Source: Chitinophaga pinensis (lineage in GTDB: Bacteria > Bacteroidota > Bacteroidia > AKYH767-A > OLB10). From it: a stretch of DNA of 47,132 nucleotides. The stretch spans positions 1 through 47,132 of the forward strand of contig CAMBYJ010000001.1 of the NCBI GenBank assembly GCA_945872015.1, in the 5' to 3' direction. A program made the translations under genes and the position numbers. This document shows, piece after piece, positions 35,606-45,754 of this stretch. Position 1 is the stretch's first letter. Every line of letters begins with the position of its first letter. The notes under the pieces are model-generated. The model was not told the DNA's origin. It did not search any database and worked only from the letters and a program-made list of their open reading frames with translations.

Positions 35606-38407
35606 ATGAAAAACAAGCTGCTACTTCTTACGTGCATTTTATTATTTTGTCTTTCTTCTTTCGCAAATCCTACTCTTAACGATAATTGGAAAAATGGTTT
35701 TAATGCACCAGGTGTTGAAGGCGTGGTATGGTCAATGGCTACCGACTCACCCTATGTATATGTGCTTGGATCATTTACTAATATCACGGGTAGTTATAAG
35801 TCGCCACGCATCGCACGTTTTGATGGTAGTAGCTGGTCGGCATTTCCAGATACGGTAAACATGCCTTATAACGGTAGAGTAATTAAAGTACGTAATGGAG
35901 TGGTATATGTTTTATCTGATGGATTTATTCATCGATGGAATAATAGCTGGAGTATAATTGGTAATACTGTTGGCTACGCTGTTTATGATTTGGATTTTGA
36001 TGCAGCAGGAAATATTTACGCCGTTGGAAATTTTCCGACAATAAATGGAGTGACCGTAAACGGAATAGCAAAATATAACGGGACTACATGGTCGGCATTA
36101 GGTAGTGGCGCAGCAAATGTTACAAGCGATTATCCTTTTGCTGTGAAAGTAATAGGCACTTCCGTTTATGTTGGAGGAAATATGACCAACGTTGGAGGAT
36201 TTTTATGTAGTGGTTTTGCTAAGTGGAATGGCACTTCATGGTCGATACCGAATACAGCAGGTTATGTTATTGGCGGTAATGTTTGCATGACCAGCATAAA
36301 CAACGACCTCTATATTACAGCTAATTCAAGTTATCAAGGTGGCTTATGGCAAAATGGATTTTTTAAGTATAACGGGAATGCATTTACGCGATTAGGGGAT
36401 TATTTTGATGCGCCAGTTAACGATATTACTAACTATAACAACAATATCTACATTGGAGGAACTTTTACTACCTGCGGCAGCGTTAGTATCAACAAAGTTG
36501 GAAAGTGGGATGGCACTACTTGGACAAATGAAGGCGCTGATTTAAATATGGAGGTTTCGGCAGTTGAGGTAAATAGTTTTTGTGAGCTTGCAGGAGAATA
36601 TTTCAGCGGCATCTTTGGTCCGTATGATTATCACAATGTGGCTATCAAGAAAAATAACAACTGGCTTCCAACAGGAAATGGAATGAATGGAAATGTGAAT
36701 GCACTCTTAGTTCATAATAATGAAGTTTATGCTGGTGGAGCATTTACTCAAGCAGGTGGAATACTTGTAAACAAAGTGGTTAAGTGGAACGGCGCACAAT
36801 GGGATACTTTACAAGGTGGATTAATCATTAATAATATCAATGACCTGATTTTTTATCAGGATACTTTATATGCTGGTGGTGACTTCACACATCCATCAAC
36901 GTTAGCGGGAGTATATGTGATGAAATGGAATGGAACGCAATGGGTAGAAGTTCCTAATGGTGTTAATTACAGAGTGTGGTCGTTAGAAGTTTATAACAAC
37001 GAATTGTATGTGGGTGGCGATTTCTCCGCGATTGCATCTGGACCTGCAAACAATATTGTAAAGTACAATGGCAGTACATGGATTCCAATTGGTGGTTTTA
37101 CCAACGGACTTGTTCGCGATATTAAATTTGATTCGAACGGAATTTTATATGCAGGTGGTGTTTTCACAACCATTGGTGGTGTAGCTGCAAAACGTGTTGC
37201 AAAGTACGATGGTAATGTTTGGTCGGCGGTTGGTTCTGGTGTCGATAATACGGTCATATGTATAGCTATTTCTCCAACCGATGAAGTTTATATCGGTGGA
37301 TTATTTACGCTTGGAGTAAATGTAGGAGTGATGTATCATATTGCAAAATTTAATGGAACTAACTGGCAAGTTGTTGGAGGAGGATTAGGTAATTTTTCAT
37401 CTGCTGTATATGATATGGATTTCCATTGCAACGATTTATATGTATGTGGTCAATTTAAAACAGCAGGAGCTGATACAGTAAACAATGTAGTGAAATGGAA
37501 TGGAAGCGCATGGCAAGCTTTAGGTAGCGGATTGACGCAAGATACTACTGCAGTACCTTATGCCTTTTCAATGGACTTTCAGAATAATAATTTATGGATA
37601 GGAGGAAATTTTGCGTGGGCCGGAGGCAAGCGTTCAGATAAAATTGCAGGCTATTCGATAGAAGGAATTCCTTTTGTTGAAATTACATCAGTAACCTCTT
37701 CTGGTTGTACAGGTGATACACTCTTGTTTCAGGCAAATGGCTACAATTTAGGAACAAATCCGACTTACCAATGGCTCGCGAATAATAATCCAATCGGAAA
37801 CAATAGTTCAACACTTCAATCCTCCACCCTTACTAACGGCACAGTATTAACGTTAATGATTGTTACTGATCCATCTTGCGGTAATCGAGATACCATTTAT
37901 AGTAACCCATTAACTCTACAATTAACACCACTTCAAACTCCTCTTATTAATCAAGCCAACAACAACTATACGATTACAAATCCCGATGCCTTAGCAACCT
38001 ATACCTGGCAGATAGATAATTCAGGTACATGGGGGAATATTATTCCAACGGTAATGGGTAATAGTTATACTGCAATCAATGCAGGATTGTATCGCGTGCG
38101 AGGAGAAAAAGGTTCTTGTACACGCTATTCACAAACAATGGTATCAACTTCGGTTAACGAATTTGCATACGATTTAAATTTGCAACTACATCCGAATCCT
38201 GCGCACGATCAATTGACGATTCAAAGTTCAGCTCTAATTCAATCGCTGGAATTATCAGATGCAACAGGCAAAGTAATTTTTACCAATTCAAAAATATCCG
38301 AAGTAAATCCGACTATTAATTTAAATAGAATATCACCAGGTATTTATTTGATTAAAATAATTGATCAAAACAAAAACACCTACATTAAACGATTTATTAA
38401 AGAGTAA
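35606..38407 (+). CDS. Secreted beta-propeller-repeat protein with a type-A T9SS C-terminal sorting domain.
   Basis: I prefer the ATG at 35606 (MKNKLLLLTCILLFCLSSFANP). More than 12 repeats follow the pattern ..KWNG(T/S)xWxxLGxG.. + ..(Y/V)xGGxF. The tail is LQLHPNPAHDQLTIQSS..ISPGIYLIKIIDQNKNTYIKRFIKE. Confidence 0.8.
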   Translation: MKNKLLLLTCILLFCLSSFANPTLNDNWKNGFNAPGVEGVVWSMATDSPYVYVLGSFTNITGSYKSPRIARFDGSSWSAFPDTVNMPYNGRVIKVRNGVVYVLSDGFIHRWNNSWSIIGNTVGYAVYDLDFDAAGNIYAVGNFPTINGVTVNGIAKYNGTTWSALGSGAANVTSDYPFAVKVIGTSVYVGGNMTNVGGFLCSGFAKWNGTSWSIPNTAGYVIGGNVCMTSINNDLYITANSSYQGGLWQNGFFKYNGNAFTRLGDYFDAPVNDITNYNNNIYIGGTFTTCGSVSINKVGKWDGTTWTNEGADLNMEVSAVEVNSFCELAGEYFSGIFGPYDYHNVAIKKNNNWLPTGNGMNGNVNALLVHNNEVYAGGAFTQAGGILVNKVVKWNGAQWDTLQGGLIINNINDLIFYQDTLYAGGDFTHPSTLAGVYVMKWNGTQWVEVPNGVNYRVWSLEVYNNELYVGGDFSAIASGPANNIVKYNGSTWIPIGGFTNGLVRDIKFDSNGILYAGGVFTTIGGVAAKRVAKYDGNVWSAVGSGVDNTVICIAISPTDEVYIGGLFTLGVNVGVMYHIAKFNGTNWQVVGGGLGNFSSAVYDMDFHCNDLYVCGQFKTAGADTVNNVVKWNGSAWQALGSGLTQDTTAVPYAFSMDFQNNNLWIGGNFAWAGGKRSDKIAGYSIEGIPFVEITSVTSSGCTGDTLLFQANGYNLGTNPTYQWLANNNPIGNNSSTLQSSTLTNGTVLTLMIVTDPSCGNRDTIYSNPLTLQLTPLQTPLINQANNNYTITNPDALATYTWQIDNSGTWGNIIPTVMGNSYTAINAGLYRVRGEKGSCTRYSQTMVSTSVNEFAYDLNLQLHPNPAHDQLTIQSSALIQSLELSDATGKVIFTNSKISEVNPTINLNRISPGIYLIKIIDQNKNTYIKRFIKE

Positions 38408-38409
38408 TA

Positions 38410-38814
38410 TTACCCTTTTGCTTTTCTCTTTTGCAACCAAGTATCCAGGCTATATTCCCCTGATCCTATCATAGCAATTGCAATAAAAGCAATCATGTAT
38501 AAAAGGGAATGCTCTCTTTCACCTAAAGGTTCTCCAGCATGTGCTACAAACGCTGCTACAAACATGGTAATGATTGCTGGTATAGACGCCAATCGAGTTT
38601 TAAAGCCAACAATTAAAAGTATAGGCGCAACCAATTCGCCAATCACTGCTAATACGAGTGACAATTCTGTGCCCATACCTAAAAAATCCATGAACTTAAT
38701 CTCTCCTCCGGCCATTAACTTTTCTAGTTTATGTGTGCCATGCAATAGCATTAAAGCAGGAATTCCTACTCTGAAAAGAGTATATCCGTAGTTTGATAGT
38801 TTATTGTTTTCCAT
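38410..38814 (-). CDS. DoxX-family small membrane protein.
   Basis: The protein is 134 aa with four hydrophobic segments. The N-terminal pattern ..LFRVGIPALMLLHGTHKL.. is typical of DoxX. Confidence 0.65.
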   Translation of the reverse strand: MENNKLSNYGYTLFRVGIPALMLLHGTHKLEKLMAGGEIKFMDFLGMGTELSLVLAVIGELVAPILLIVGFKTRLASIPAIITMFVAAFVAHAGEPLGEREHSLLYMIAFIAIAMIGSGEYSLDTWLQKRKAKG

Positions 38815-39016
38815 ATTTCAAAAATAATAATTTATCGTTTCACTTGTTTCCATTTTTCTTCGATAAACTCTCCGAAGCTATTCTGCAAATGTTATTTTAA
38901 AATTTTATTTGCCTCCAATCATTAAAAACCGATTGCTCATCCACTGCAATTATTTAACTTTGGTTCCCGGATTAAGGTCTGAATAGTTCGGGCTTCCCAT
39001 TAAAAAATTTATTGTT

Positions 39017-39940
39017 ATGAGTCTTTTAGTCATTGGAACGGTTGCGTTCGATGCCATTGAAACCCCATTTGGGAAAACAGATAAAATCATAGGAGGCGCA
39101 GCTACCTATATCTCTGTATCAGCAAGTTATTTTGGAAATAACATTAACCTTGTATCGGTTGTTGGAGATGATTTTCCACAAGCTACTATCGATATGTTAA
39201 GTAACAAGGGTATCAATACTGAAGGACTTCAAATTAAACAAGGAGAAAAAACATTTTTCTGGTCAGGAAAATACCACGCTGATATGAATACGCGTGATAC
39301 AATGGATACGCAACTTAATGTATTAAGCAATTTCGATCCGATTATTCCAGAATCATATCAGGATTGTAAGTACCTGATGTTAGGAAACCTAATGCCGAGC
39401 TTACAACAAAAAGTAATCAAAGGACTAAAAAATCGTCCGAAGTTAATTGTAATGGATACGATGAACTTTTGGATGGAAGTAGCCTTAGCTGATTTACTAG
39501 AGACAATGAAGCTGGTAGATGTATTAACTATCAATGATGAAGAAGCTCGTTTATTAACAGGAGAATATTCATTAGTTAAAGCAGCTCGTAAAATTTTAAC
39601 GATGGGTCCTAAGTACCTAATCATTAAAAAGGGAGAGCATGGTGCATTGTTATTCCATGAGAAAGAAGTATTCTTCGCACCTGCGTTACCGTTAGAAGAA
39701 GTATTTGATCCAACAGGAGCAGGTGATACTTTCGCTGGTGGTTTCATCGGTTATATTAGCTCTACCGACGATATTTCTTTCGATAACATGAAGCGCGCTG
39801 TAATTCACGGATCGGCAATGGCTTCTTTCTGCGTTGAGAAATTCGGATTAGAAAGAATCGAAGGATTAACAGACGGAGAAATCGATGAACGTATTAAAGA
39901 ATTTATTAATCTGGTACAGTTTGAAATTACTTTAGTGTAA
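39017..39940 (+). CDS. PfkB-family carbohydrate/nucleoside kinase.
   Basis: The PfkB signature is DPTGAGDTFAGGF. The N-terminal GG dipeptide region is ..KIIGGAATY... The length is 307 aa. Confidence 0.85.
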   Translation: MSLLVIGTVAFDAIETPFGKTDKIIGGAATYISVSASYFGNNINLVSVVGDDFPQATIDMLSNKGINTEGLQIKQGEKTFFWSGKYHADMNTRDTMDTQLNVLSNFDPIIPESYQDCKYLMLGNLMPSLQQKVIKGLKNRPKLIVMDTMNFWMEVALADLLETMKLVDVLTINDEEARLLTGEYSLVKAARKILTMGPKYLIIKKGEHGALLFHEKEVFFAPALPLEEVFDPTGAGDTFAGGFIGYISSTDDISFDNMKRAVIHGSAMASFCVEKFGLERIEGLTDGEIDERIKEFINLVQFEITLV

Positions 39941-39961
39941 TTCAGAGTTTATAGAAAATGC

Positions 39962-39995
39962 AAAGGGGCCTATCATCTGATAAGCCCCTTTTTTA
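39962..39995. terminator. Bidirectional terminator between convergent pfkB (+) and the cpcT-like gene (-).
   Basis: The outer stem AAAGGGGC/GCCCCTTT encloses an inner stem TATCA/TGATA and is followed by TTTTT on the plus strand. Confidence 0.75.
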
Positions 39996-40009
39996 TTGCA
40001 ATGATTAAA

Positions 40010-40627
40010 TTATTTCTTGATGAAAATATAACCGCCTTTAGTCGCGCCCCATACTTGTTTATCACTCACATCAAATCCTTGATCCCATGAAACAAGTTCT
40101 CCTTTCTTCATCGTAATTTTTGTGGTTGCGTATTTGGCTCCTCGTAAATCAGAAGGACAACTTTTACCATCGGTACCACCAGCATAAACATCGTTGTTCT
40201 TAATCAGCGTAACAGTACAACCATCCTTTAACTCTAAACTGTCAATTGAAAGTTGTTGAAGTTTTGTTTTGTCATTCTGTAAACCTGCATACGACAGCGC
40301 ATTCTTAATTGTATAAATATCACTTGTAAAAGTATTTGTTCCCGGATGTTGTAAACGATACACACGCTGACGATAAGGCTTGTCTAGTTTTGTCGCCATT
40401 GCCTGCTCCACATACATCCATTGACCATCGGTTCTTTCTTTCCAGATAGGAACCATTACTAAACTGATATTAAAATAAGTTGTATCGTCTTTCGATTGTG
40501 CTTCACTTGAAAAACTTCCATGTAATAAATCAACGAGTTGATTTAATTCGTGATCAACCTTCGTCGACTTTTTTACTGGAGAGCAAGCCGCCATAATTAG
40601 AACAAAAAATAGCAGTACTAAACGCAT
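40010..40627 (-). CDS. CpcT/CpeT-like (DUF1001) beta-barrel lipoprotein.
   Basis: I prefer the ATG at 40627 (MRLVLLFFVLIMAAC = lipobox), 1 nt after the sod stop. Family-like motifs present: LLHGSFSSEAQ, YRQRVYRL and ..SWDQGFD..KQVWGATKGGYIF. This is assigned from memory. Confidence 0.55.
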   Translation of the reverse strand: MRLVLLFFVLIMAACSPVKKSTKVDHELNQLVDLLHGSFSSEAQSKDDTTYFNISLVMVPIWKERTDGQWMYVEQAMATKLDKPYRQRVYRLQHPGTNTFTSDIYTIKNALSYAGLQNDKTKLQQLSIDSLELKDGCTVTLIKNNDVYAGGTDGKSCPSDLRGAKYATTKITMKKGELVSWDQGFDVSDKQVWGATKGGYIFIKK

Positions 40628-40628
40628 T

Positions 40629-41339
40629 TTACTTAATTGTATAAAGTTCATTTACCTTGTCCCAGTTTATCGTATTAAACCAAGCTGCGATATAATCAAC
40701 ACGTTTGTTTTGATACTTTAAATAATAGGCATGCTCCCAAACATCCAACGCTAAAATAGGCTTGCCTTTGAATTCTGAAATATCCATCAGCGGATTATCC
40801 TGATTAGGTGTTGAACCAATTTCCAATTTCCCATCACGCACTACTAACCAAGCCCATCCAGAACCAAAACGTGATTTAGCTGCTTCCGAAAACTTTAATT
40901 TCATTGCATCGAAACTTCCAAATGAACTATTGATTGCCTCAAATATAGGTCCTTTCGGAAGTCCCTCACTGTTAGGCTGCATCATTGTCCAGAATAAAGA
41001 GTGATTATAATGACCTCCACCATTATTTCTAACAGCAGCAGGGTATTTAGAAATATTACTTAACAATTCTTCTATAGAACCCACTTTGATTTTATTATCT
41101 GCACAGGCTTTATTCAAATTATCAACGTATGCTTTATGATGACGTGAGTAATGAATCTCCATCGTAAGTGCATCGATATGTGGCTCTAAAGCTTTGAAAT
41201 CATAGGGCAACTTTGGCAAAACAAACTGTGTTTCGTTTTCGATTTTCTCTGCTAACGATTCTACAGGTGATAATTGAGAAGCAACAACTAATCCTGCAGT
41301 TGCCATTCCTGATTTTTTTAAAAAATTACGACGATTCAT
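40629..41339 (-). CDS. Fe/Mn superoxide dismutase with an N-terminal twin-arginine (Tat) signal.
   Basis: The Tat signal is [21 protein letters not shown]. The signature is [15 protein letters not shown]. The metal-ligand context is ..EIHYSRHH... Confidence 0.9.
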   Translation of the reverse strand: MNRRNFLKKSGMATAGLVVASQLSPVESLAEKIENETQFVLPKLPYDFKALEPHIDALTMEIHYSRHHKAYVDNLNKACADNKIKVGSIEELLSNISKYPAAVRNNGGGHYNHSLFWTMMQPNSEGLPKGPIFEAINSSFGSFDAMKLKFSEAAKSRFGSGWAWLVVRDGKLEIGSTPNQDNPLMDISEFKGKPILALDVWEHAYYLKYQNKRVDYIAAWFNTINWDKVNELYTIK

Positions 41340-41351
41340 GAGAAAAGGTTT

Positions 41352-41852
41352 TTATACTAATTGAATTAACACTTGATTTTTTTCGACTGCTTGTCCTGTT
41401 TTAACTATTACCTTTTTAACAGTTGCATCAGCAACAGCCTTAAGGGCATTTTCCATTTTCATGGCCTCTAAGATAAGCAACACATCGCCTTTCTTAATTA
41501 CATCTCCTTCTGAAACAGGGATATTGACAACCAGACCTGGCATTGGTGCTTTTAAGTCGCCAATTTTTTGGGAAGAGGCTGCGTCCATACCAAGTTTTTT
41601 AAGCAACTCATCGTATTTATCTTCAAGCTGAACATCTACCACCTTGCCGTTAATTTTTAACTGGTGCTTTTTACTTTTTGCGTCTGAAACTAATACCTCC
41701 AGATTCATACTTTCACCATTAAAAATGACATTATACGAGTATGGTCCAACTTGCTTTATATCACCATTAAATACTTTATCATTAATCGAAATAGCGCCAC
41801 CTGTTTTCTCTTCTACAGTAACAGGTTTGGTCTTATTGATAATTGCTTTCAT
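41352..41852 (-). CDS. Biotin carboxyl carrier / biotinyl-domain protein.
   Basis: The biotinylation motif is ..LILEAMKMENALKA... The C-terminus is a lipoyl/biotinyl beta fold. The length is 166 aa. Confidence 0.8.
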   Translation of the reverse strand: MKAIINKTKPVTVEEKTGGAISINDKVFNGDIKQVGPYSYNVIFNGESMNLEVLVSDAKSKKHQLKINGKVVDVQLEDKYDELLKKLGMDAASSQKIGDLKAPMPGLVVNIPVSEGDVIKKGDVLLILEAMKMENALKAVADATVKKVIVKTGQAVEKNQVLIQLV

Positions 41853-41856
41853 AAGG

Positions 41857-41864
41857 CAAATTTA
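41857..41864 (-). promoter_or_regulatory. Candidate -7 box TAAATTTG only 4 nt upstream of the BCCP ATG (possible leaderless mRNA).
   Basis: The minus-sense sequence reads CCG-TAAATTTG-CCTT-ATG. No -33 TTTG lies at the canonical spacing. Confidence 0.4.
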
Positions 41865-41969
41865 CGGTTAAATTGTGTAATTAAAAATGGATTACTTTCA
41901 ACCATTCTACGTTTATAAAACAATCTTAAATACTTCCTATTAACCCTATTCATCCGTATTTTTACGGAG

Positions 41970-44900
41970 ATGAATATCGGCAATCGTTTATTAGGTTACT
42001 TTTTAGTGATAACGCTTTTTGTTATCGCTGCTGTTTCGATTGATACCAACAAACATCATGATGGACCAAATGCAGAATCCGATAAGTCGATTATTGAAGC
42101 GGTACTTAAAAGTAAAATTGATAGTCTTAAAACTTTTGAAAGTACTTTCAATGATTGTTTGAAAGAATCTATTTTAAACAATAGAACTGCAAATAACTAC
42201 TATCAGAAAAAAAATCTTCCTGTAGGTGGTAGTGTATTTGTTTTTTCTAAAAATGATATTGTTTTTTGGTCTGATAATAAATGTCCCGTTGATAGTATTA
42301 ACTATAAATCGTTAGTTGATGGAAGTATTAACAGAATTGGAAATGGCTATTACTTCGTAAATAAAGTAACAATTGCAGATAAAGATTGTCATATCGTTTA
42401 TTGCCTATTTATTCGTTACGATTTTAATATTCAGAACCAATATTTAGAAAATGACTACAACTCAAATTTGCAGTTGTGTAGTCATCATGAATTTGCAATT
42501 ACTGAATTACCTAATACAATTGCTATCAACTATGATGGGAAGCCACTATTTTATATTTCAAAAGTTGATAATAACGATGTACATAACAAATCAATTATTG
42601 TTTTTATCCTTTATTTATTTGCTTACCTTCTCTTAAATGTTGCATTAATTGATCTGACCTTTGTATTAGGAAAGCGAAATGCATATGCCGGAATTTTATC
42701 GGTAGTAGCACTCTTTGCGGTGCGCTATTTAATGATTTTATATTCTTTCCCTGAAGCATTTTATAATACTGATTATTTCAGTCCTAAATACTATGCGAGC
42801 TCGAGCTTACTTAACTCTCCACTCGATTTATTCTTTGGAGTTTTGTGTTTACTCGCCTTTATGGTTCACTTATATTCTTTAATAATAAAAGAAAAAACCA
42901 TTTCATTTATTAGTAAGTGGGGCATACTTAAAAAAAGCTTTCTGTTTGTCTTACTACTTATCTGTTTTTCGTACTCCTATGTGATTAACTACCTGCTCAA
43001 CGGGTTAATTATAAGTTCACAGATTTCTTTTAACTTCAATAATATTTTTGAATTAGACTTGTATAGTCTGATTGGATTGTTTGTGATTGGAATTGTTTTT
43101 TCAGGATTTTATTTCATCACCATAGCAACAACTTACTTTATCAAACAAACAAAAATTTCGTTACAAATTGTATTGATAAATTTAATTGTAACAGCAATTT
43201 TTTTCGGTGTTCTAAATTATAATTCGATTCTGTTTTCATTCTCCGATGTCTATAGTTATTATTCATACTTGTTCTCTTTCTTATTGCTATTGTTTATTTT
43301 TTATACGCGCGTGTTTCTCGCAAAAGGATATCGGCAAGAAGGAATTATTCTGATTGTTCTTGGTTTTTCTGTTTATGCTACCTATCAGATATTCTCCTTC
43401 AATCAAATCAAAGAAAGTGAAAAGCAACGCTCATTTGCAAATAAAATACATTCTGAAAAAGACAATATTGCAGATTACTTTTTTGATGAAATAAAAAATA
43501 AGATAAAAAAAGATAACAATATAATTCCGTTCATTGCTAACGGTGGAAATTATGATGATGTAAACAAGTACTTATTAAACAAATACTTTAGCGATTACTT
43601 TTCTAATTACGATATAGCGTTCTATTTCCTTGATATCAATGGTCAATGTTTGAATAGAACATCTGAAGAGTCGTTTGATGAAATCAAGAAGGAATACTTA
43701 ATTCAAAACACCGGATTGTTAAATTATTCAGGTAAACTTGAAAAGACGAAACAATATGGTCTTATTGATTTCCCTTCGAATAATAATATGCCATGTTGCG
43801 TTGTTGAATTCTCGAATAAGCGAAGTAACAATATCGGTGGCTTCCCAGATTTATTAGTTAGTAACATGGTAATTGCGAATCAAAATACCAGCGATTATAG
43901 TTTTGCGCGCTATAAAAACGGGAAGTTGAATAATCAATCTGGATCATTCAATTACTATATTACCTCTGCACCCTACGAAGAGGACATAAAAAAATCGGAT
44001 GCGTTTTATAACAATGGTTATTATCATATCATCATAAAAGACAATAATGGATTAACTATTATCAGTCGTAAGCAAAAGTCACTATTAGAAATCATAACAC
44101 TCTTCAGTTACTTATTTGCGTTTTTCAGTCTTTCTTATTTACTTGGATATATTACTTATCACTTTTATCACAACGATTTTAGTATTTCTACTAGTTACAA
44201 TAACAGAATTAAGTTTACAGTTGTAACATTTGTTATTTGTACTTTAATTATTTCGGGCGCAACAACTATCATTTACATTATTAGAAACAACAGTGAAAGT
44301 GAACAGATAAAGTCGCAAGAGACAATAAAAGACCTTAATAATTATCTCGAAAATTCGTTTGAAGATGCAACATCGATTGAAAAATTAAGCAATCAAGAAG
44401 TGAGCGAATTAGATAAATTGACTAAAACAATTCACACAGATTTTTCTATTTATAATCCGAAGGGATATCTAGTATACTCGACGCAGCCGCGTATTTTTGA
44501 TCAGGAGTTAATTAGCCCACTGATGAATAAGACGGCATTTTTAAATCTGAAAAATTTAAAGCTTTCAGGTTATTATCAAAAGGAGAATATTGGCAAATTG
44601 GAATATCGTGCATCTTATCGACCTATATACAATCGTAAAGGAGAGCAGTGTGCGTATTTAAATATTAATTACTTTTTTACCGAAAAGCAAGTAAAAGCAG
44701 AGATTAGTAAGTTCTTGATTGCATTGATTAATCTTTATGTTTTCTTATTCACTATTTCTATTTTGATTGCTGTATTTATTTCCAACAAAATTACAGCACC
44801 ATTAAAATTCATTCAGGAATCCTTCAAGAAAACACGTTTAAATGCGAAGAATAATTTAATCAGTTGGGATAAGAAAGATGAAATTGGTGCATTGGTAAAT

Positions 44901-45626
44901 GAATACAATCGAATGTTAATGGCCTTGCAAAAAAGTGCTGAAGAATTAGCGAAATCAGAGCGTGAATCGGCATGGAGAGAAATGGCAAAGCAAGTAGCAC
45001 ATGAAATTAAAAATCCGCTTACGCCAATGAAACTGGGCATACAGCATATGTTACGCGTAATTGAATCAAGTCAGGAAAACAGAGAAGAAATCATCAAAAA
45101 AATATCATCCGGACTAATAGAGCAAATCGATAACCTTTCGAATATTGCATCAGCGTTTAGTGATTTTGCTAAGATGCCGCAGGCAGAATATGAAGAAATC
45201 AATATTCGGGAATTAATTAAAAACACGATTGTATTATTTAAGCAATCGGAGAATATTAAAATTGAAAATAATACCGATCCCTTTTTGCCAACAGTTATTG
45301 GCGATAAAAATCAAATTATCAGAATTCTGAATAATCTATTCCGTAACGCTATTCAATCGATGGAAGACATTGAAGTTGGATTAATCCGAATTGAAGCGAA
45401 AACAATTAATGAGTTTTTAGTTGTTTCCATAATGGATAATGGTAAAGGTATTCCAGCAGAATTACAAGAAAAGATTTTTGTTCCTTACTTCACTACTAAA
45501 TCGAGCGGCACAGGATTAGGACTCGCTATTGTTAAAAATATGATGTTGGGTATGCAGGGAAATATTCGATTTGAATCAGTAGAAAACAAGGGGACCACGT
45601 TTCACCTTTACTTTAAGTTGGCATAG
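41970..45626 (+). CDS. Very large (1218 aa) polytopic sensor histidine kinase (NtrY-like H-box), with no adjacent response regulator.
   Basis: The H-box is AWREMAKQVAHEIKNPLTPM. The N/G1/G2 boxes are ..NNLFRNAIQS.., MDNGKGIP and SSGTGLGLAIVK. A HAMP-like segment lies after the last TM. At least 10 hydrophobic segments separate two or three extracytoplasmic regions. Confidence 0.85.
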   Translation: MNIGNRLLGYFLVITLFVIAAVSIDTNKHHDGPNAESDKSIIEAVLKSKIDSLKTFESTFNDCLKESILNNRTANNYYQKKNLPVGGSVFVFSKNDIVFWSDNKCPVDSINYKSLVDGSINRIGNGYYFVNKVTIADKDCHIVYCLFIRYDFNIQNQYLENDYNSNLQLCSHHEFAITELPNTIAINYDGKPLFYISKVDNNDVHNKSIIVFILYLFAYLLLNVALIDLTFVLGKRNAYAGILSVVALFAVRYLMILYSFPEAFYNTDYFSPKYYASSSLLNSPLDLFFGVLCLLAFMVHLYSLIIKEKTISFISKWGILKKSFLFVLLLICFSYSYVINYLLNGLIISSQISFNFNNIFELDLYSLIGLFVIGIVFSGFYFITIATTYFIKQTKISLQIVLINLIVTAIFFGVLNYNSILFSFSDVYSYYSYLFSFLLLLFIFYTRVFLAKGYRQEGIILIVLGFSVYATYQIFSFNQIKESEKQRSFANKIHSEKDNIADYFFDEIKNKIKKDNNIIPFIANGGNYDDVNKYLLNKYFSDYFSNYDIAFYFLDINGQCLNRTSEESFDEIKKEYLIQNTGLLNYSGKLEKTKQYGLIDFPSNNNMPCCVVEFSNKRSNNIGGFPDLLVSNMVIANQNTSDYSFARYKNGKLNNQSGSFNYYITSAPYEEDIKKSDAFYNNGYYHIIIKDNNGLTIISRKQKSLLEIITLFSYLFAFFSLSYLLGYITYHFYHNDFSISTSYNNRIKFTVVTFVICTLIISGATTIIYIIRNNSESEQIKSQETIKDLNNYLENSFEDATSIEKLSNQEVSELDKLTKTIHTDFSIYNPKGYLVYSTQPRIFDQELISPLMNKTAFLNLKNLKLSGYYQKENIGKLEYRASYRPIYNRKGEQCAYLNINYFFTEKQVKAEISKFLIALINLYVFLFTISILIAVFISNKITAPLKFIQESFKKTRLNAKNNLISWDKKDEIGALVNEYNRMLMALQKSAEELAKSERESAWREMAKQVAHEIKNPLTPMKLGIQHMLRVIESSQENREEIIKKISSGLIEQIDNLSNIASAFSDFAKMPQAEYEEINIRELIKNTIVLFKQSENIKIENNTDPFLPTVIGDKNQIIRILNNLFRNAIQSMEDIEVGLIRIEAKTINEFLVVSIMDNGKGIPAELQEKIFVPYFTTKSSGTGLGLAIVKNMMLGMQGNIRFESVENKGTTFHLYFKLA

Positions 45627-45690
45627 CTTTTTCCATATATCCAACGTCTGCTTATCATTTTTGGGGGCTAGGTATTTTTTAATCCTGATG

Positions 45691-45722
45691 TTTGCATCGT
45701 AGTACTATAATCCTTAAATTTG
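45691..45722 (+). promoter_or_regulatory. Consensus Bacteroidota promoter (-33 TTTG, 20-nt spacer, -7 TAAATTTG).
   Basis: TTTG lies at 45691-45694 and TAAATTTG at 45715-45722, 33 nt upstream of the ATG at 45755. Confidence 0.6.
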
Positions 45723-45754
45723 AATTCAATTCTTAAAAATCAATAACTCATAAA

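Noticed and set aside
38965-39000. A small GC-rich stem-loop (CCCGGA..15 nt..TTCGGG) in the pfkB 5' region, considered as a possible riboswitch.
   Set aside because: It is only 6 bp with a wobble pair and far too small for any riboswitch class I know. It is probably an incidental UTR hairpin.
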